DNA of 64,000 nucleotides from Octopus vulgaris (taxonomy: Eukaryota): positions 11,098,001-11,162,000 of the forward strand of contig OX597830.1 in the NCBI GenBank assembly GCA_951406725.2, read 5' to 3'. Positions 33,773-47,492 of the stretch are shown in pieces. Both the position numbers and the translations under genes were made by a program. Position 1 is the stretch's first letter. Every line of letters starts with the position of its first letter. The notes beneath the pieces are model-generated. The model had not been told where the DNA came from. It saw only the letters and a program-made list of their open reading frames with translations, and searched no databases.

Positions 33773-35923
33773 ATTTTTTTCATTAACCCTTAAGGGTTTA
33801 CAAAACGAACAGGGACGGTATCGGGACGATGCGATGATACAATATAATACGAAGGAGCAGGTGTAGCTGTGTGATAAGAAGCTTGCTTCCAAACCACGTA
33901 GGGCCGGGCAGGACAGGGCAGGACCAGGCAGGGCAGGGCCGGGCAGCCTAGGGGTAATGACGAAACAGGTTGCATGATAGCCGAGAGCAAAAGAATTGAG
34001 GACAACCACTTCCCTCTTCGGCCAATGATTCATCGACGTTTTCAAGTTCCACTTTGAAAGAGAAGAGAAGTTAGAGATGGAGGTACTCTCCCACCGATAA
34101 TTTCTGGAAATGTGGGTGACTGTGGCAAAGATGGTTAGGGTAAATGGGTCTACCCTACGCATGCACTCATACATTGGAGAACAACAAATGGGCGAGAACT
34201 TTTGTCCTTGGTGGTCAGAGTGATCCTGAATCTATGAGGTTCCTTGATTGGCCTTGTATACTTTTTTCGCTTGAATCTCCTTTTCCCTCTGCTTCTCTTA
34301 ACCTCATCTTTTATGTAAACCACCACACAAACTGTAAACTGCCCCTCGTACTGCCCTCCTCATCTGATGCCTCTGGGACAAATAGAAGTAATCATTATTA
34401 TCAGTGTTGTTGTCGTTGTTGTTGTTGCTGTTGTTGTTGTTGTTGTTGTTGTTGTTTCTCGAGGAGGAAAAAAGCCGATTAAAACCATCGACCTTATTAC
34501 TTCATGGACGATACTTTATCTTATCGATTTCATAGAGACGAAAAACTACCTCCCTGACCTCACTGACAACTTGAAATAAAGCGACGTAACTAAACAACGT
34601 AAAGCAATTCGCCCGATTTTCACCCGATTCTGTCAATCTACTACAACAACAACAATAATAATAATCCTTTCTATTATAGGCATAAGGCCTGAAATTTGAA
34701 GGAAGGGGCCAGTCGATTATATCGACCCCAGTATTTGACTGGCAAATTATTTCATCGGCCCCGAAAAGATGAAAGGTGAATTCGGCCTTGTCGGAATTTG
34801 AACCCAGAACGTAAGGACGGACGAAATGCCGCTAAGCATTTTGTCCAGTTTGATACCAATTCTACCAGCGCGCCACCTTCTAATAAACAAAATAAATTTT
34901 TAAAAAAAGATATGACAAAAGATATAAAAATAAAATTTCCACTTAATTTTAACCAAAGAAAATTCCCCAATAACGAGTTAGTTCTCCCAGCATAATTCGG
35001 AGTGGGGGCGGGGACTCCACGCAGAACCTGGGTTATTATTCTGCCATACTTAAGGCATCAAGTATACCCCCTTTTTTTTTGTTTCTTTCTTCTTACTTGG
35101 GAAAGAATACTGAGTGTAGCTCCCTGTCAGCTTTATCAGTCTCGCCTCTGTCACTCATCTTTCGTTAAACACATTAAAAGAAACACTTCCCTCTACTTTC
35201 ACTTTCATTATCAATTAATACTTAAGAAAGCTGATGATTGCTTGACCAGAGAGAAAAAACTCCTGTCTTCGAGCCTTTCAGTTTCAGAAGATTTCACCAC
35301 ATAGCTTCTTTTGCCGTAGTCTCCAGTAAGAGAATGCTGTGCACCTCTCCCCTACCAAAGGATGGTCAGGCACTCATTTTTCGCTATAGACCCAGCTGTT
35401 ACCCAGATTCGTCCTACCCGCATCAACAGCTGTTCGACACAAACCCACAGAGCGATAGTTCACTGACATTGAACGTTAGCTTGCAGTACGATTTCGTCGC
35501 TCCGCACGCATCTCAAACCTGTTTGGCTCGTGACGCTTTCGTGCATACAGAGCCCTGTTTTTGAACAGGTAATGCCCCTACCCTAACTAAATCACTGCCA
35601 TACCAAGGAATCCTAGATGTTGTCCAGTCTTCGACATGAAAGCCCCACAGATAAAACTACCCACAAAATTCTCATCGATGCCAAGAATTTTTCGCACGCT
35701 ACCGACACTCATTTCCGCCACTAAACAGCTTTAGAATGCGAGGGTTGTTTTCCTGCCGGTGGCATTGTTCAGCTGGCAAGTAGGTAATCGACTTAATCCC
35801 TTTGTCTGTCCTTGTTTGTCCCCTCTATGTTTATCCCGTTGTCGGTTACCTCCTCTGTGTCACTGGTCTCAGACTGGTCGGCATATCTGGTTGTGGCGAT
35901 GTAATAGTGTGAGACCAGGTCAA

Positions 35924-36399
35924 TCTCTCTATATATAAACAGCAAAATGTCTGTCTGTGTGTGTATCCTTTATACAAATCGACAATTTTTCGGTTAGAGG
36001 GCTCGCACTTTCTATGGTCATTCAAAACCGTCCAAGTGTGGTTGTGAAGATCTTTTCATTTCCCCAGTTACCCCTGAAAGCCATTAAAAAAAATTAATAA
36101 ATCGACCCCTTATGTTTCAGGTAACAAAAGTCTTTAATACAAGGGACGTAACTCCAGCAGTTTACTCTAAATATATTAAACCATAGCAAGGGAAATAACT
36201 CTTTAAAACTCTGCATTTCCCTCCCTTTGTTATGTATCACACCTCTTTGGCTTTCAAACGTGCACTCTTTTTTTATTTGAGAAATGCAGGGAATGATTAA
36301 CGAGTTAGACCAAGTGAATGACAAGAGAGTGGGATTTTCATGAAAGACCAAATATGCTTGACTAGCACTAGACTCGGCAACGCCGGGTCATAGTGCTAG
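35924..36399 (+). mobile_element. Non-autonomous Helitron
   Basis: a|TCTCTCTATATATAA ... CTCGGCAACGCCGGG hairpin ... CTAG|t. Confidence 0.85.
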
Positions 36400-36429
36400 T
36401 CTAATATTATTGATGTTGGATGGTACATT

Positions 36430-38110
36430 GCTAGTAATGAGGATAGCAGGTCTAGGTGTCACAATAGCTTCATAGATGACTCCTTTCGCCTCCTACTGGG
36501 CAGTTATTGTATACCCTGCAAGAGCAACCTGCCTCCTCCTGTGTATTGTAGGTGCTTGTTAAAATACTTTTTATGTTAGGTGAAAAACTAAAGGAGACTC
36601 TTAGGTTGTGCCTGTTAAATAATTGCCTGTATCTATGCGTGTGAAATGTTTATCTATTAGTTCAAGGAAAATCCTTCTCACACAAGTCTTGATGTTGAGC
36701 AAGAAGAGTGGAGCAAAACAAACGATGTTTCTGTGGCACTTCCTTTCCCAGGTGCTAGGGCCTGGCATGTAGGAAATGCAGTCCTTAAACCCACTTGATA
36801 CAGGTGCCTCGTTGTAGTAGGGAGCAGCAGTGCTGAAGATATCTTGGCTAGAGGATAGATTCAAGATCCTCATTTTTACACCCTTCACTAGGTTCTTGAA
36901 AACTATAGGGGGTGGCAGGAGGCTGTGCTAATATAGGACAGTTTCTCATTTGGCTTGTGATAGGGCCTGTATGCACCAAATCTAAATTAACATCCAGGAA
37001 ATCTACTGTAGCGAGATAAGTCCCAATCGTGATCTTGAGTGTCATTGAGCCAAAGGCACTAATCAGGTCCTTTCTAAGTCTATCTAGTGTGTGCCCGTTG
37101 GCTCCTCTAGAGATGGCTGGGGCGTCATCTCTGTTGAGACTGAAGAGGACTGAAGGAAACCTCTTCCCTAAGATGTCCAGGATGTACAGTCCGATAAGAT
37201 CACAGACATCGACTTTGTCATAGGCTCTCATAGCCACATCGAAGGAGGCCTCAGAGTCAGATTGCTTGACTCACACCAATTCTTTGTTGAACAGCACCGT
37301 CTTCCTGGCATGCATGATAACGCTAAGATCACTACCACTAATATCTACGAAACCCTTAAAAAAGGAAAGTGCCCTCATTGACAACTCCTTTGAAACTAAT
37401 GGATAAAAGTCAACTATGTCACGCTGTGTAAGCCTCGCCCAGCCTCTCCTGTGGTTGGCAATAAAACATGAGGTCACCTCATTAAAGCTGTGCCATAGAG
37501 GGAGGCTTGTGTTCCTCCTTATGTCATCATTAATCTTCCTTAGTATATACTTACTTGCCTAGCCAATCTCGGACTTGGCCGGGTTGATCAGTCGGCATTT
37601 GGGACTAGAGGCAAAATTCAGCTTGTGATCCTTTAAAGTGATAAAGGTATTTTTCTTGGCCAAGATCTCTACTCTGTCTGCTATACCTAGGCTAATTGCT
37701 ATCAGTTTAGCTTCACAGTTAATGTTATTTATAAGTGTGTAAGGAAACGCGTCCGTATTTTTGTGTAATAGAATTATTTAAAAGCCTACCGTAAATGTAT
37801 GAGTCTATCATGTATAAGTTCTTAGTCTTATCCAAGATAAAGGACTTGATAGAGTTTCTTATTTTTTGTATATCTTTCTGGAGTTTGTTTTGGAAAGGAG
37901 AAAAGAACTTGAAGAACTTCAATCTGGATATTATACCTAGTAGGTCCACTTCAAAGGCCTCACAAGTTCCTTGATTCTAGGTGGGAATTTCCTAGACTTG
38001 ATACTGTGCGTGTTGGCCTTGGCGGATGGTATGCTTTGATCATAGAAAAACGCCTTCCACCTCATGCGCCTTAAAAGGGTCTATCATTTTCTCCAGTAAC
38101 ATTTTCGTAT
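36430..38110 (-). pseudogene. Degraded Penelope-like retroelement: RT plus start of the GIY-YIG domain
   Basis: Fragments DIVDFYP, FDVAMRAYD..VCDLIGLYIL, NRDD, DFLDVNLDL, APYYNEA, GVIYEAIV; many stops and frameshifts. Confidence 0.85.
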
Positions 38111-38169
38111 GGAAGGCTGTGGCTTTTGTGGATACGAAACCATTGGTAACTCTGAGAGGAGAATTTATC

Positions 38170-38558
38170 GGATCTTTTCGGTTTGAACGGCAGTTTTTAA
38201 CATAATTTCTAGGTAACTAAAAAATTTTAGACTTCGTATACTGGTAGAATGTGTTTATAAAACATTTTTTTCTCTTGGCTTTATTGACAAAATTCTATAG
38301 TTTATAAGATATTTGTTGTTCTTTTCCTTCAATTTCTGCAATTTCAACCAATCAATGACGTCCATTGAGGTAAAAAAAAAACATTCTGTGCGTATATGTC
38401 CCTCGTTTAAGAAACAAATTGGGTTTATTTACATCTAACCTCTAACCCTAACCCTAAAACAGATTGAAATGCAATAGATCAATACTAGGGTCATAATTAT
38501 GGGTGACAATTTCATATGACACCGCTAGAAAAAACTGCCGTTCAAACCGAAAAGATCC
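38170..38558. mobile_element. MITE of the GGATCTTTT family (asymmetric form)
   Basis: TIR GGATCTTTTCGGTTTGAACGGCAGTTTTT; flanks aatttatc/aatttaac give an 8-bp TSD with 1 mismatch. Confidence 0.88.
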
Positions 38559-38584
38559 AATTTAACTTTTTGTTTTAATGTATA

Positions 38585-39003
38585 TTGGGTCATCTCATAA
38601 ATAATGCAGATTTTATCACCTGCATGAACTAAATGTTGGAGGGGGACGGGATAAACTACCTGCATCAACTTGCTATAAAAGCGGGTAGTAATTTTACCTT
38701 GTACTTATTCTTAGTGCAAGTTTTGAAGAGTGCAGTTCGATTTTAACAGTTATGTTTTCAAAGCTATTATGGAAGTGACAAAGGAACATATTCAACTTAC
38801 TTTGCTTTATGAGTTCAATAAGGGCAACAACACAACGGAAAGTTTGAGGAATGTTAACGAAGTATATGGAGTGGTTGGCGTTAGGAAGAGCATCCAGCTG
38901 TAGAAACACTGCCAAATCAGACTGGAGCCTGGTGCAGCCTCCCTGACTTGCCAGACCCCGGTCGAACCGTCTAACCCACGCTAGCATGGAAAACGGATGT
39001 TAA

Positions 39004-39069
<66 letters not shown>

Positions 39070-39630
39070 GGGATTGCACAATAAGCATAAGCTAGTGTCA
39101 ACAGTGATTCCAAAAATTTTGAGCTGGAAACTACTGCCATGAAAATGAGTCTCATCCTGGAAGATCTGTAGAGCTCAACAAGGACATCCAGCAAACCCTG
39201 GTGGAATGAAATCCCATCGTAACTGTTGAGGAACTAGCAGAGAAGCTTGGATTTGGTCATTCAACCAGTCATTCAAGTCAGTACCAAAAGAAAAGCCACC
39301 ATCTTTGGTTTCAAGATGAAAGGTCTTCCATCAGGATAATGCTTGGCCACATACAGCAAGGATGGCATTCCAAAGGCTGGAGCAGTTTGAATGGGAAACG
39401 ATGCCCCACCCACCATATTCACCAGACATTGCCCCATCTGATTATCATTTATTCTGCAGTCTTCAAAATCATTTGGATGGAGAATATATGAATTCTGTAA
39501 ACAAGTCAGAAAAGTACTGGAGGAATATTTATTGTCACAGACAAGTGAATTTTGGAAGAGGGGCCTTGCAAATTTACCAGATAGATGGAAGAGCATTGTA
39601 GAAAATGAAAGAGAGTATATTTTAGATTAA
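38585..39630 (+). mobile_element. Degenerate mariner element, interrupted by an RTE-tail repeat at about 38867-39070
   Basis: TA-TTGGGTCATC left end; HPPYSPDIAPSDYHLF motif in ORF 39362-39601. Confidence 0.8.
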
Positions 39631-39638
39631 AACTTTAC

Positions 39639-39978
39639 GATCTTTTCGGTTTTAACGACAGTTTTTTTCTAGCGGTGTCATATGAAATTTTCACCCATAA
39701 TTATGACCCTAGTATCGATCTATTGCAGTTCAATCTGTTTTAGGGTTAGGGTTAGGGTTAGGGGTGGGGGAAGGGTATCTTTTTTTTCTTCACAAATGTA
39801 AATAAACCCAATCTGTTTCTTAAACGAGGGACATATTCATATGGCACAGAATGTTGTTTACCTCAATGGCCGTCAGTGATTGGTTGAAATTGCAGATATT
39901 GAAGAAAAAAACAATAAATATCTTACAAACTATAGAATTTTCTCAATAAAGCCAAGAGAAAAAGATGTTTTATAAAAC
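39639..39978 (-). mobile_element. Truncated reverse copy of the GGATCTTTT MITE
   Basis: Reverse complement of the 38170 copy, including a short (TTAGGG)n stretch. Confidence 0.8.
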
Positions 39979-40244
39979 TAAACTGAAAAATTACCTGTGA
40001 GATGTGCTAAAAATAACAGCTAAATACCTCTTAAATCACACATTTTTTTTTCCAGAGTCGTATGATTTCCCGTGTAGAACACAAATTCGCAATTTTCCTG
40101 AAAATTCCAAAACATTAAGGAAGGGATAATGTTAAATATTAACCTAAAGAAATTATGGGGAGGGCGGGGTTGCCAATATCCTTGCGTAAAGCAGAATTCC
40201 GCAGAATTTTGACCAGTTGTAATATTTCCTTTAAAAACTGTTAA

Positions 40245-41063
40245 CAGGGCGATCTTTCGTTTTAACTCGTAATAATGTAAACATTGAATTCGATGATTTC
40301 CGAGATCACATGTTGTCTCGTCAATTGTTAGTTGGTTAAGAGAAAGCTTATTCTTGTTTGTGTGTGTGTGTGTCTGTGCATGTTTGGGATCTTTTCGGTT
40401 TGAACGGCAGTTTTTAACATAATTTCTAGGTAACTAAAAAATTTTTAAACTTCGTATACTGATAGAATGTGTTTATAAAACATCTTTTTCCTTGGCTTTA
40501 TTGAGAAAATTCTATAGTTTGTAAGGTATTTGTTGTTGTTTTTTTCTTCAATTTCTGCAATTTCAACCAATCACTGACGTCTATTGAGGTAAAAAAAAAA
40601 AACCATTCTGTGCCGTATGAATATGTCCCTCGTTTAAGAAACAGATTGGGTTTATTTACATTTGTAAAGAAAAAAAAAGATACCCTTCCCCCCACACCTA
40701 ACCCTAAAACAGATTGAAATGCAATAGATCGATACTAGGGTCATAATTATGGGTGACAATTTCATATGACACCGCTAGAAAAAACTGCCGTTCAAACCAG
40801 AAATATCCCCTCTGTGTGTTATTTCTACATTCCACAACATATAAATACAAAAAAAAACAAAAACAGAACAGACACACACATACACAGAACAACCACGCAC
40901 ACAAACAAGAATAAGCACACACACACACACACACACAGAGGAACAAGCACACACGCACAAGCCATCAGCTTTCTCTTCTTGCCAACTGACAATTGACAAG
41001 TCAACATGTGGTCACCGAATTCAATGTTTACATTATTTCGAGTTAAAACGAAAGATCGCCCTG
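40245..41063. mobile_element. TTAA-flanked long-TIR element with a nested GGATCTTTT MITE (40387-40808)
   Basis: CAGGGCGATCTTTCGTTTTAACTCG... at 40245 is inverted at 41063; the arms extend over 100 bp. Confidence 0.8.
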
Positions 41064-41154
41064 TTAACGAATAAGTAACTGTGATTATGATTAGGACAGG
41101 TGCCATCAATATGCTGTTTCATAAAAATTTCAGGCATCTTTATATTCCTGTATT

Positions 41155-41608
41155 GGGTACTACTACTATAGAACATCGGTCCCGGTGCGCGCACTCGCGC
41201 CAGCTAGTCACGACTAGTCGATCCTTACTTTGTGTTATTTACTTTGTGTAAAAAAATTATTTATTTTGTGTTTTATTTACTTTGCTAGGTAGTCGTTGTA
41301 GGATCGACTAGTCACGACTAGTTAGCGCGGATGCGCGACTACGCGCACCGGGACCATTGTTCGCTAGCAGTACCTAGGCTACTACTAGCGAATAATGGTC
41401 CCGGTGCGCGCACACACGCATCCGCGCTAACTAGTCGATCCTACAACGACTACGTAGCAAAGTAAATAAAACACAAAATAAATAATTTTTTTACACAAAG
41501 TAAATAACACAAAAACACAAAGTAAGGATCGACTAGTCATGACTAGCTGGCGCGGATGCGCGAGTACGCGAGTGCGCGCACCGGTACCGCTGTTCGCTAG
41601 TAGTACCC
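41155..41608. mobile_element. Inverted dimer of a CpG-rich MITE (TIR GGTACTACTAGCGAAC..GGTCCCGGTGCGCG); related ends at about 43219 and 43761
   Basis: Two copies joined at cctagg (about 41375) form one large palindrome. Confidence 0.8.
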
Positions 41609-42229
41609 TGGACTATTTTCTGGCTGTGTGTGTTTGACTGACACAGCAGAGTCAATAATTTACCTGGCAAAGCAAATACAGAGTCACGCCCCGCCGTGGT
41701 CATAGCGATACTGCTACTCTCCACACCAAGGGAAATATTCCAATTTTACCTTTAATGATTTTTAAATAAGTTATACCTTATATTTCGCGAAATGAATATA
41801 TTATTAATAAATATGATCTAGAAACGAGAATCATAGGTAATTTTCATAATTTTTCCGACAGCATAAAATAAAGTTTCCCAGGTAAAGGTGCGATCAAGTT
41901 ATTGCGAATAATTTGATAACAACAACATTGCTGAAAGTTATTTTAGTTATCATAACAATGCTACTTAAAAAACATTTAATAAGAACGTGTTTTGTAACAC
42001 TGAAACACTAGTTTCTGAAGTAACTACTGGATTTATTACGAAGGTAAGTTGCACTTATTATTTTAAAGACATTCATTTTTTACCAGCTTTATTTAATCAA
42101 ACATATGGCTTCACACACACTTAGATACAACGTGACAAAGTGTAATTAAAGTGTTCGCCTTTTCTTTTTTTCTTTTTTTCTTTTTACAACTGAAACCTCC
42201 GCCAAGTGCGCCGGTGGAATTTAGGGGCG

Positions 42230-42930
42230 ATAAACTTCGGAAATGTGTTTGAGAAATATATAGAAATTCAGGAAATTTTTCTTCGCCGTAAATCCATAGG
42301 CGTATGAGTGGCTGTGTGGTAAGTAGCTTGCTTATCAACCACATGGTTCCGGGTTCAGCCCCACTGCGTGGAACCTTGGGCGAGTTTCTTCTACTTTAGC
42401 CTCGGGCCGACAAAAGCCTTGTGAGTGGATTTGGTTGACGGAAACTGAAAGAAGCCCGTCGTATATATGTATGTGTGTATATGTTTGTGTTTGTCCCCCC
42501 AACATCGCTTGACAACCGATGCTGGTGTGTTTACGTCCCCGTGACTTAGCGGCTCGGCAAAAGCGACCGATAGTATAGGTACTAGGCATACAAAGAATAA
42601 GTCCTGGGGTCGATTTGCTCGACTAAAGGCAGTGCTCTAGCATGGCCACAGTCAAATGACTGAAACAAGTAAAAGAGTAAAGAGTATTCCTTGATATATA
42701 AATTCGTCGACGCGGGATCATTTCATATCGCCCGATGATCCAGTGACATAACTTCAACCATCTTTCGAATCGGGACCAGTAGGCCTCTGTGGTTTGCGCA
42801 AACGCCGGTTTCAGGGTCAACGAAGTTCTGTGAATGGTTAACCGTTCGGCGAATATAGCCAAGTTGCTGTAAGTTTCTACAGCTGGCCCATTTATCTGTA
42901 TGAATTTACAGTATCGGGCAACACATTTTG
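42230..42930 (-). pseudogene. Merlin/IS1016-type (ISXO2-like) DDE transposase fragment split by a SINE
   Basis: Minus-strand translation with frameshifts: VLPDTV/IHTDKWASCRNLQQLGYIRRTVNHSQNFVDPETGVCANH/EAYWSRF...RVDEF, resuming LWIYGEEKF beyond the SINE. Confidence 0.8.
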
Positions 42931-44273
42931 GACAAAAAAAATAACAGTCTGGGGGTGGGGTACAAACAAGTGTGTGGAAGACAAAAATGAAAAAAAATAG
43001 TGCGCTGACGACCCTAGGGGTGGGGAGGAAAATTTCGGAAAATTCACAAGATCCGATTTTCCGTCATAACTTCGGGTAAAATGGATATATATTGATTTTT
43101 TTTAACGGAATCCCACGTTTTTGATTATGGAGGATCCGATTCTGAAAAAAATAATTTCAAAAATCGCATTTTCAAATTTCAATCCCCGCCTCCCGTTCCC
43201 TCCTTCACTATTCACTTTGGTACTTCTAGCGAACTGTGGTCCTGGTGCGCGCAGTCGATCATACAACGACTTGCGCGTATGCAAATGAATAGATTCGCGC
43301 ATGCGTGATACAAATTAAATAAAAAAATTTCACACAAATTAAATATTTTTCGAACCTATTCTTTGTAAGCCTAGTACTTATTCTATCAGTCTTTATTGCC
43401 GAACCGCTAAGTTACGGGGACGTAAACACACCAGCATCGGTTGTCAAGCGATGTTGGGGGAGGGGGGGACAAACACAGACACACAAACACACACACATAT
43501 TTACATACACATATATACGACGGGCTTCTTTCAGTTTCCGTCTACCAAATTCACTCACAAAGCTTTGGTCGGGATTGAACCCGGAACCATGTGGTTGGTA
43601 AGCAAGCTACTTACCACAGAGCGAATCCTATATATTCTTTTTTTTTTTACTTGTTGAAAAATTGAAATTTTACAAACAAATTTTTTTCAGAATCGTAATC
43701 TTCTTATTTTTCTAAGTATTTCACTAAAAAAAAAAAAAGAAAAATTCCGGAAAAAGTGAAGGTACTACTCGCGAACATTGGTCCCGGTGCGCGCACACGT
43801 GCATCCATGCTAGCTAGTCGTAAGTAGTCGATCCCATAATGACTTGCGCGTATGCAAATGAATAGATTCGCACATGCGCGATACATGTTTGAATCGCACA
43901 TGTGACGTATTCGTTTCCAAAGGAGAAGAAACTTTTGAACAAAGTTACTCCCCGATGTTTACATTGCCAGAAAGGGACATCACAAGCAATGGTGGTGCTG
44001 GTGGTGGTGGTGCTGCATCATCATCATCATCAAGAAACTAACTAGAAAGTACCAAAAATAGCATGTGAAACAGTCGGCTATTGTAATGCATGAACTGTTA
44101 AAGAGCTAACTAGAAATACAGTTATTATAAAACCACTGGTCGATGATCAATATTAATTTCATTTTATCAAGGGTAGTGGATTGGCAGAATCCTTAGAGTG
44201 TCAGATAAAATGCCTTACACTATTTGTTCCAGCTGTTTATGTTCTGAGTTCAAATCCTGTTAAAATTAACTTC

Positions 44274-44388
<115 letters not shown>

Positions 44389-44828
44389 TGGTAAAATAAA
44401 GTACTCGTCAAATACTGTGATTAAGGTAATCAACTTGTTGCCGTCACAAAATTGCTGGTTTTATGACTAAACTAGAAACATTTATTTTCTTTTTTACCTC
44501 ATTTGCTGCCTTCCCTTGATAAATAAAATTATTTAATTGTAAATTATAAATTTTCCACTTATTTCATTTTCATTTCATGATAATTATCATTAAATGAAAA
44601 TGAAATACTTGGAAAATTTATAATTCAGATTTAAATAATTTTATTAAAAATGAATGCAATAGTATTGGTCATCTTCATCTTTTGCATAATTTTAACCACA
44701 TTTTAAATTATAAAATAATTATCATTAAACACTTAATTCTTGGTTTTCTTCTATTCTTGCAGATCTGCCAATATCTTAACACAAGAAGTTTATCTGATGT
44801 TATTAAAGAATTTTCAGAAAGATCAGCA

Positions 44829-45373
44829 ATGTCAGTTCGAGAAAAAAAGCATCAGAGACCATTGAACATTTCAACAGAAGAATTTAACCAAAAGAATAAT
44901 AAATATAAAATGGTTTCCCAAGACCCACTTACTCAGAAAAACTCTAAACCTTCCAGCTGGAGAAAAGATATCAATAGTATCTTAATTCTATTTTTTCTTT
45001 ATGTTCTTCAAGGTGTTCCTTTAGGATTAGCAGGTAGCATACCAATGTTACTTCAGAGTCGCCAAGTTAGTTACCGAGATCAAGCCTTGTTCAGTTTTGT
45101 TTATTGGCCGTTTAGTTTAAAACTGTTTTGGGCACCCATTGTTGATTCTATTTTCATTTCATCACTGGGCAGGCGTAAATCTTGGCTTGTTCCTTCTCAG
45201 TATCTCATTAGTATTTTTATGATCTTTCTCTCCTACCATATAACAGACTATCTCGGTGACAAAAGCACACCTCCAAAGATATATTTTTTGACTTTTAGCT
45301 TCTTCATTCTTAACTTTTTGGCTGCAACACAAGATATTGCTGTGGATGGCTGGGCACTGACTATGCTATCTAA
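44829..45373 (+). CDS. SLC33A1: Acetyl-CoA transporter 1, first coding exon (exon begins at acceptor 44763)
   Basis: MSVREKK...LFFLYVLQGVPLGLAGSIP...WPFSLKLFWAPIVDS...GRRKSWLVP...FLAATQDIAVDGWALTMLS; AA|gtaagt donor at 45374. Confidence 0.95.
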
Positions 45374-46094
45374 GTAAGTTCCATTTCCTTTTATATTCAA
45401 ATTGTTTTGTTTTCTTCACATTTTGTTTTTACGCAGATAAATATTTATACACATAGGCGCAGGAGTGGCTGTGTGGTAAGTAGCTTGCTTACCAACCACA
45501 TGGTTCCGGGTTCATTCCCACTGTGTGGGATCTTGGGCAAGTGTCTTCTGCTATGGCCTCGGGCCAACCAATGCCTTGTGAGTGGATTTGGTAGCCGGAA
45601 ACTGAAAAGAAGCCCGTCGTATATGTGTATATATATATATATGTATGTTTGTGTGTCTGTGTTTGTCCCTCTAGCATTGCTTGACAACTGATGATGGTGT
45701 GTTTACATCCCCGTCACTTAGCGGTTCAGCAAAAGAGACCAATAGAATAAGTACTGGGCTTACAAAGAATAAGTCCCGGCATCGATTTGCTCAACTAAAG
45801 CCGGTGCTCCAGCATGGCCACAGTCAAATGACTGAAAAACAAGTAAAAAAGTAAAAGAGTATTCCCAAGACTCATTTTTCTTTTCAGTTTGATGTTTTTA
45901 ATTTTATTAATTAGAACAGGGTTTTACTTTTAATTGATATACAGTTAGACAACAAAAGTAGCAGTTTAAACTGTATGTGGTTTATGAACTGCAACTCCTG
46001 CATCCTTGCCTATGCAATGCTAATATTTATATCTTAATGTTTTACAATGCTAATATCAACTGATAATTCTTCTCGTTAATTTTTCATTGTCTAG

Positions 46095-46249
46095 GGGCAA
46101 TGTTGGCTGGGCAAGTACTTGTAATTCGGTTGGACAAACAGCTGGATATTTTCTTGGAAATGTACTATTTCTAGCTTTAGAATCTCCAACATTTTGCAAT
46201 AAATACCTTCGTTCTGTTCCTTCATCAGAAGGAATTATTACTTTGGCAG
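46095..46249 (+). CDS. SLC33A1: SLC33A1 coding exon 2
   Basis: tctag acceptor; GNVGWASTCNSVGQTAGYFLGNVLFLALES; G|gtgagt donor; phases consistent. Confidence 0.95.
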
Positions 46250-47492
46250 GTGAGTCCTTATTTTTTCTATTTTACAATTTTTTATAACAATGTTTTGTTA
46301 TTCATTGCATCATTGGAAGGTTATCTTCAGTATAGTAATTCAAGAGAACAACTCTGTAATTGCTTCCTCTTCATTTCTGTCCATCAAAAGATCAAAGCTC
46401 AGCTCTCACTTATGTATACAACTGCAACGGCTATTTGTTGTTATAAACTTTTTCTCCGTGGTACAATCTCTAATGCCCTGACAAATAGCAGAAGTAACAG
46501 TAACAATAGTAGTAGTGGCAGTGGTAGTAATGATAATATTAGTAATGATGATAATAATAATAATAATAATATAGAATTTTTCACCCCCTTCTATAACCTC
46601 TCTTCTAATGACACTACCTCCTCAGTTACCGAACACGGTCCTCAAAATTCACCTAAATTCCTGGAACCACCTGCCTGCTACAAACCCATTGCAGAAGATA
46701 TAATGTAATCTACAAATGCACGTTCCTTAACCGATTACACAACTCTACAGCCATATACATAGGATCAACAAAAAATTTTAAGCAACGATATGCCACTCAT
46801 CTTCACTCTTTTAGATACGATAAACATAGTAAATCTACAACACTCGCCAACCACATACATCATCACAAAAATGCAAATATAATCTATGCTCTATCATGGT
46901 CCATACTAGACTCAGGACTTCCCTACCGAGGTCAATGCTCAATCTGCAAGCTTTGCCTGAAGGGGGGCACTCCAAATATTAAAGCACAACTCTCCAACAC
47001 TGCTTAATAAACATAATGAGGCACTAAGCACATGCAACCACCGCTTTTATCACACGTTTAAATTCTATCACAAATCCAAATGCCAGAATGACCATACAGT
47101 ACATTTCCGCAATAATTCTTAGGTAATCTCATTAACCAATAAATTTGCACTCTAACTCATAATCCCTATCTAGTTTCTCACATATGCAACCATCTGATTA
47201 TATTCGTTTACCTATATACGCACACACACCCATGCACGCGTATATATGTATGAGTGAGTGTATGCATGCATGTGGGTATATGTAAACATATGTACACATG
47301 CAAGGTATGTATACCTGCATATGCAGGGGCAATGATACACGCAGATGAGCGTGTTTGAGGGCATACGCATGTGAATAATTATTGTATTTGTAACTTATCT
47401 TTGTGTCTTATCTGATATATACATGTATATACATCTTCACATCTATAGTCTCTCAGACTAATTAACACTGCAATTTCCTTAATTCTTCATAT

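Noticed and set aside
35225-35275. CTGATGA...GAAA motif, possibly a Penelope tail (similar weak motif at about 55222-55250)
   Set aside because: Stems I-III cannot be formed convincingly.
39737-39765. (TTAGGG)n telomere-like repeat
   Set aside because: Only a few units, and internal to the MITE family (also near 38440 and 40700).
44682-44828. N-terminal extension of the SLC33A1 ORF in the ORF track
   Set aside because: It starts at TTG in intron sequence upstream of the acceptor at 44761-44762; the first in-frame ATG is at 44829.
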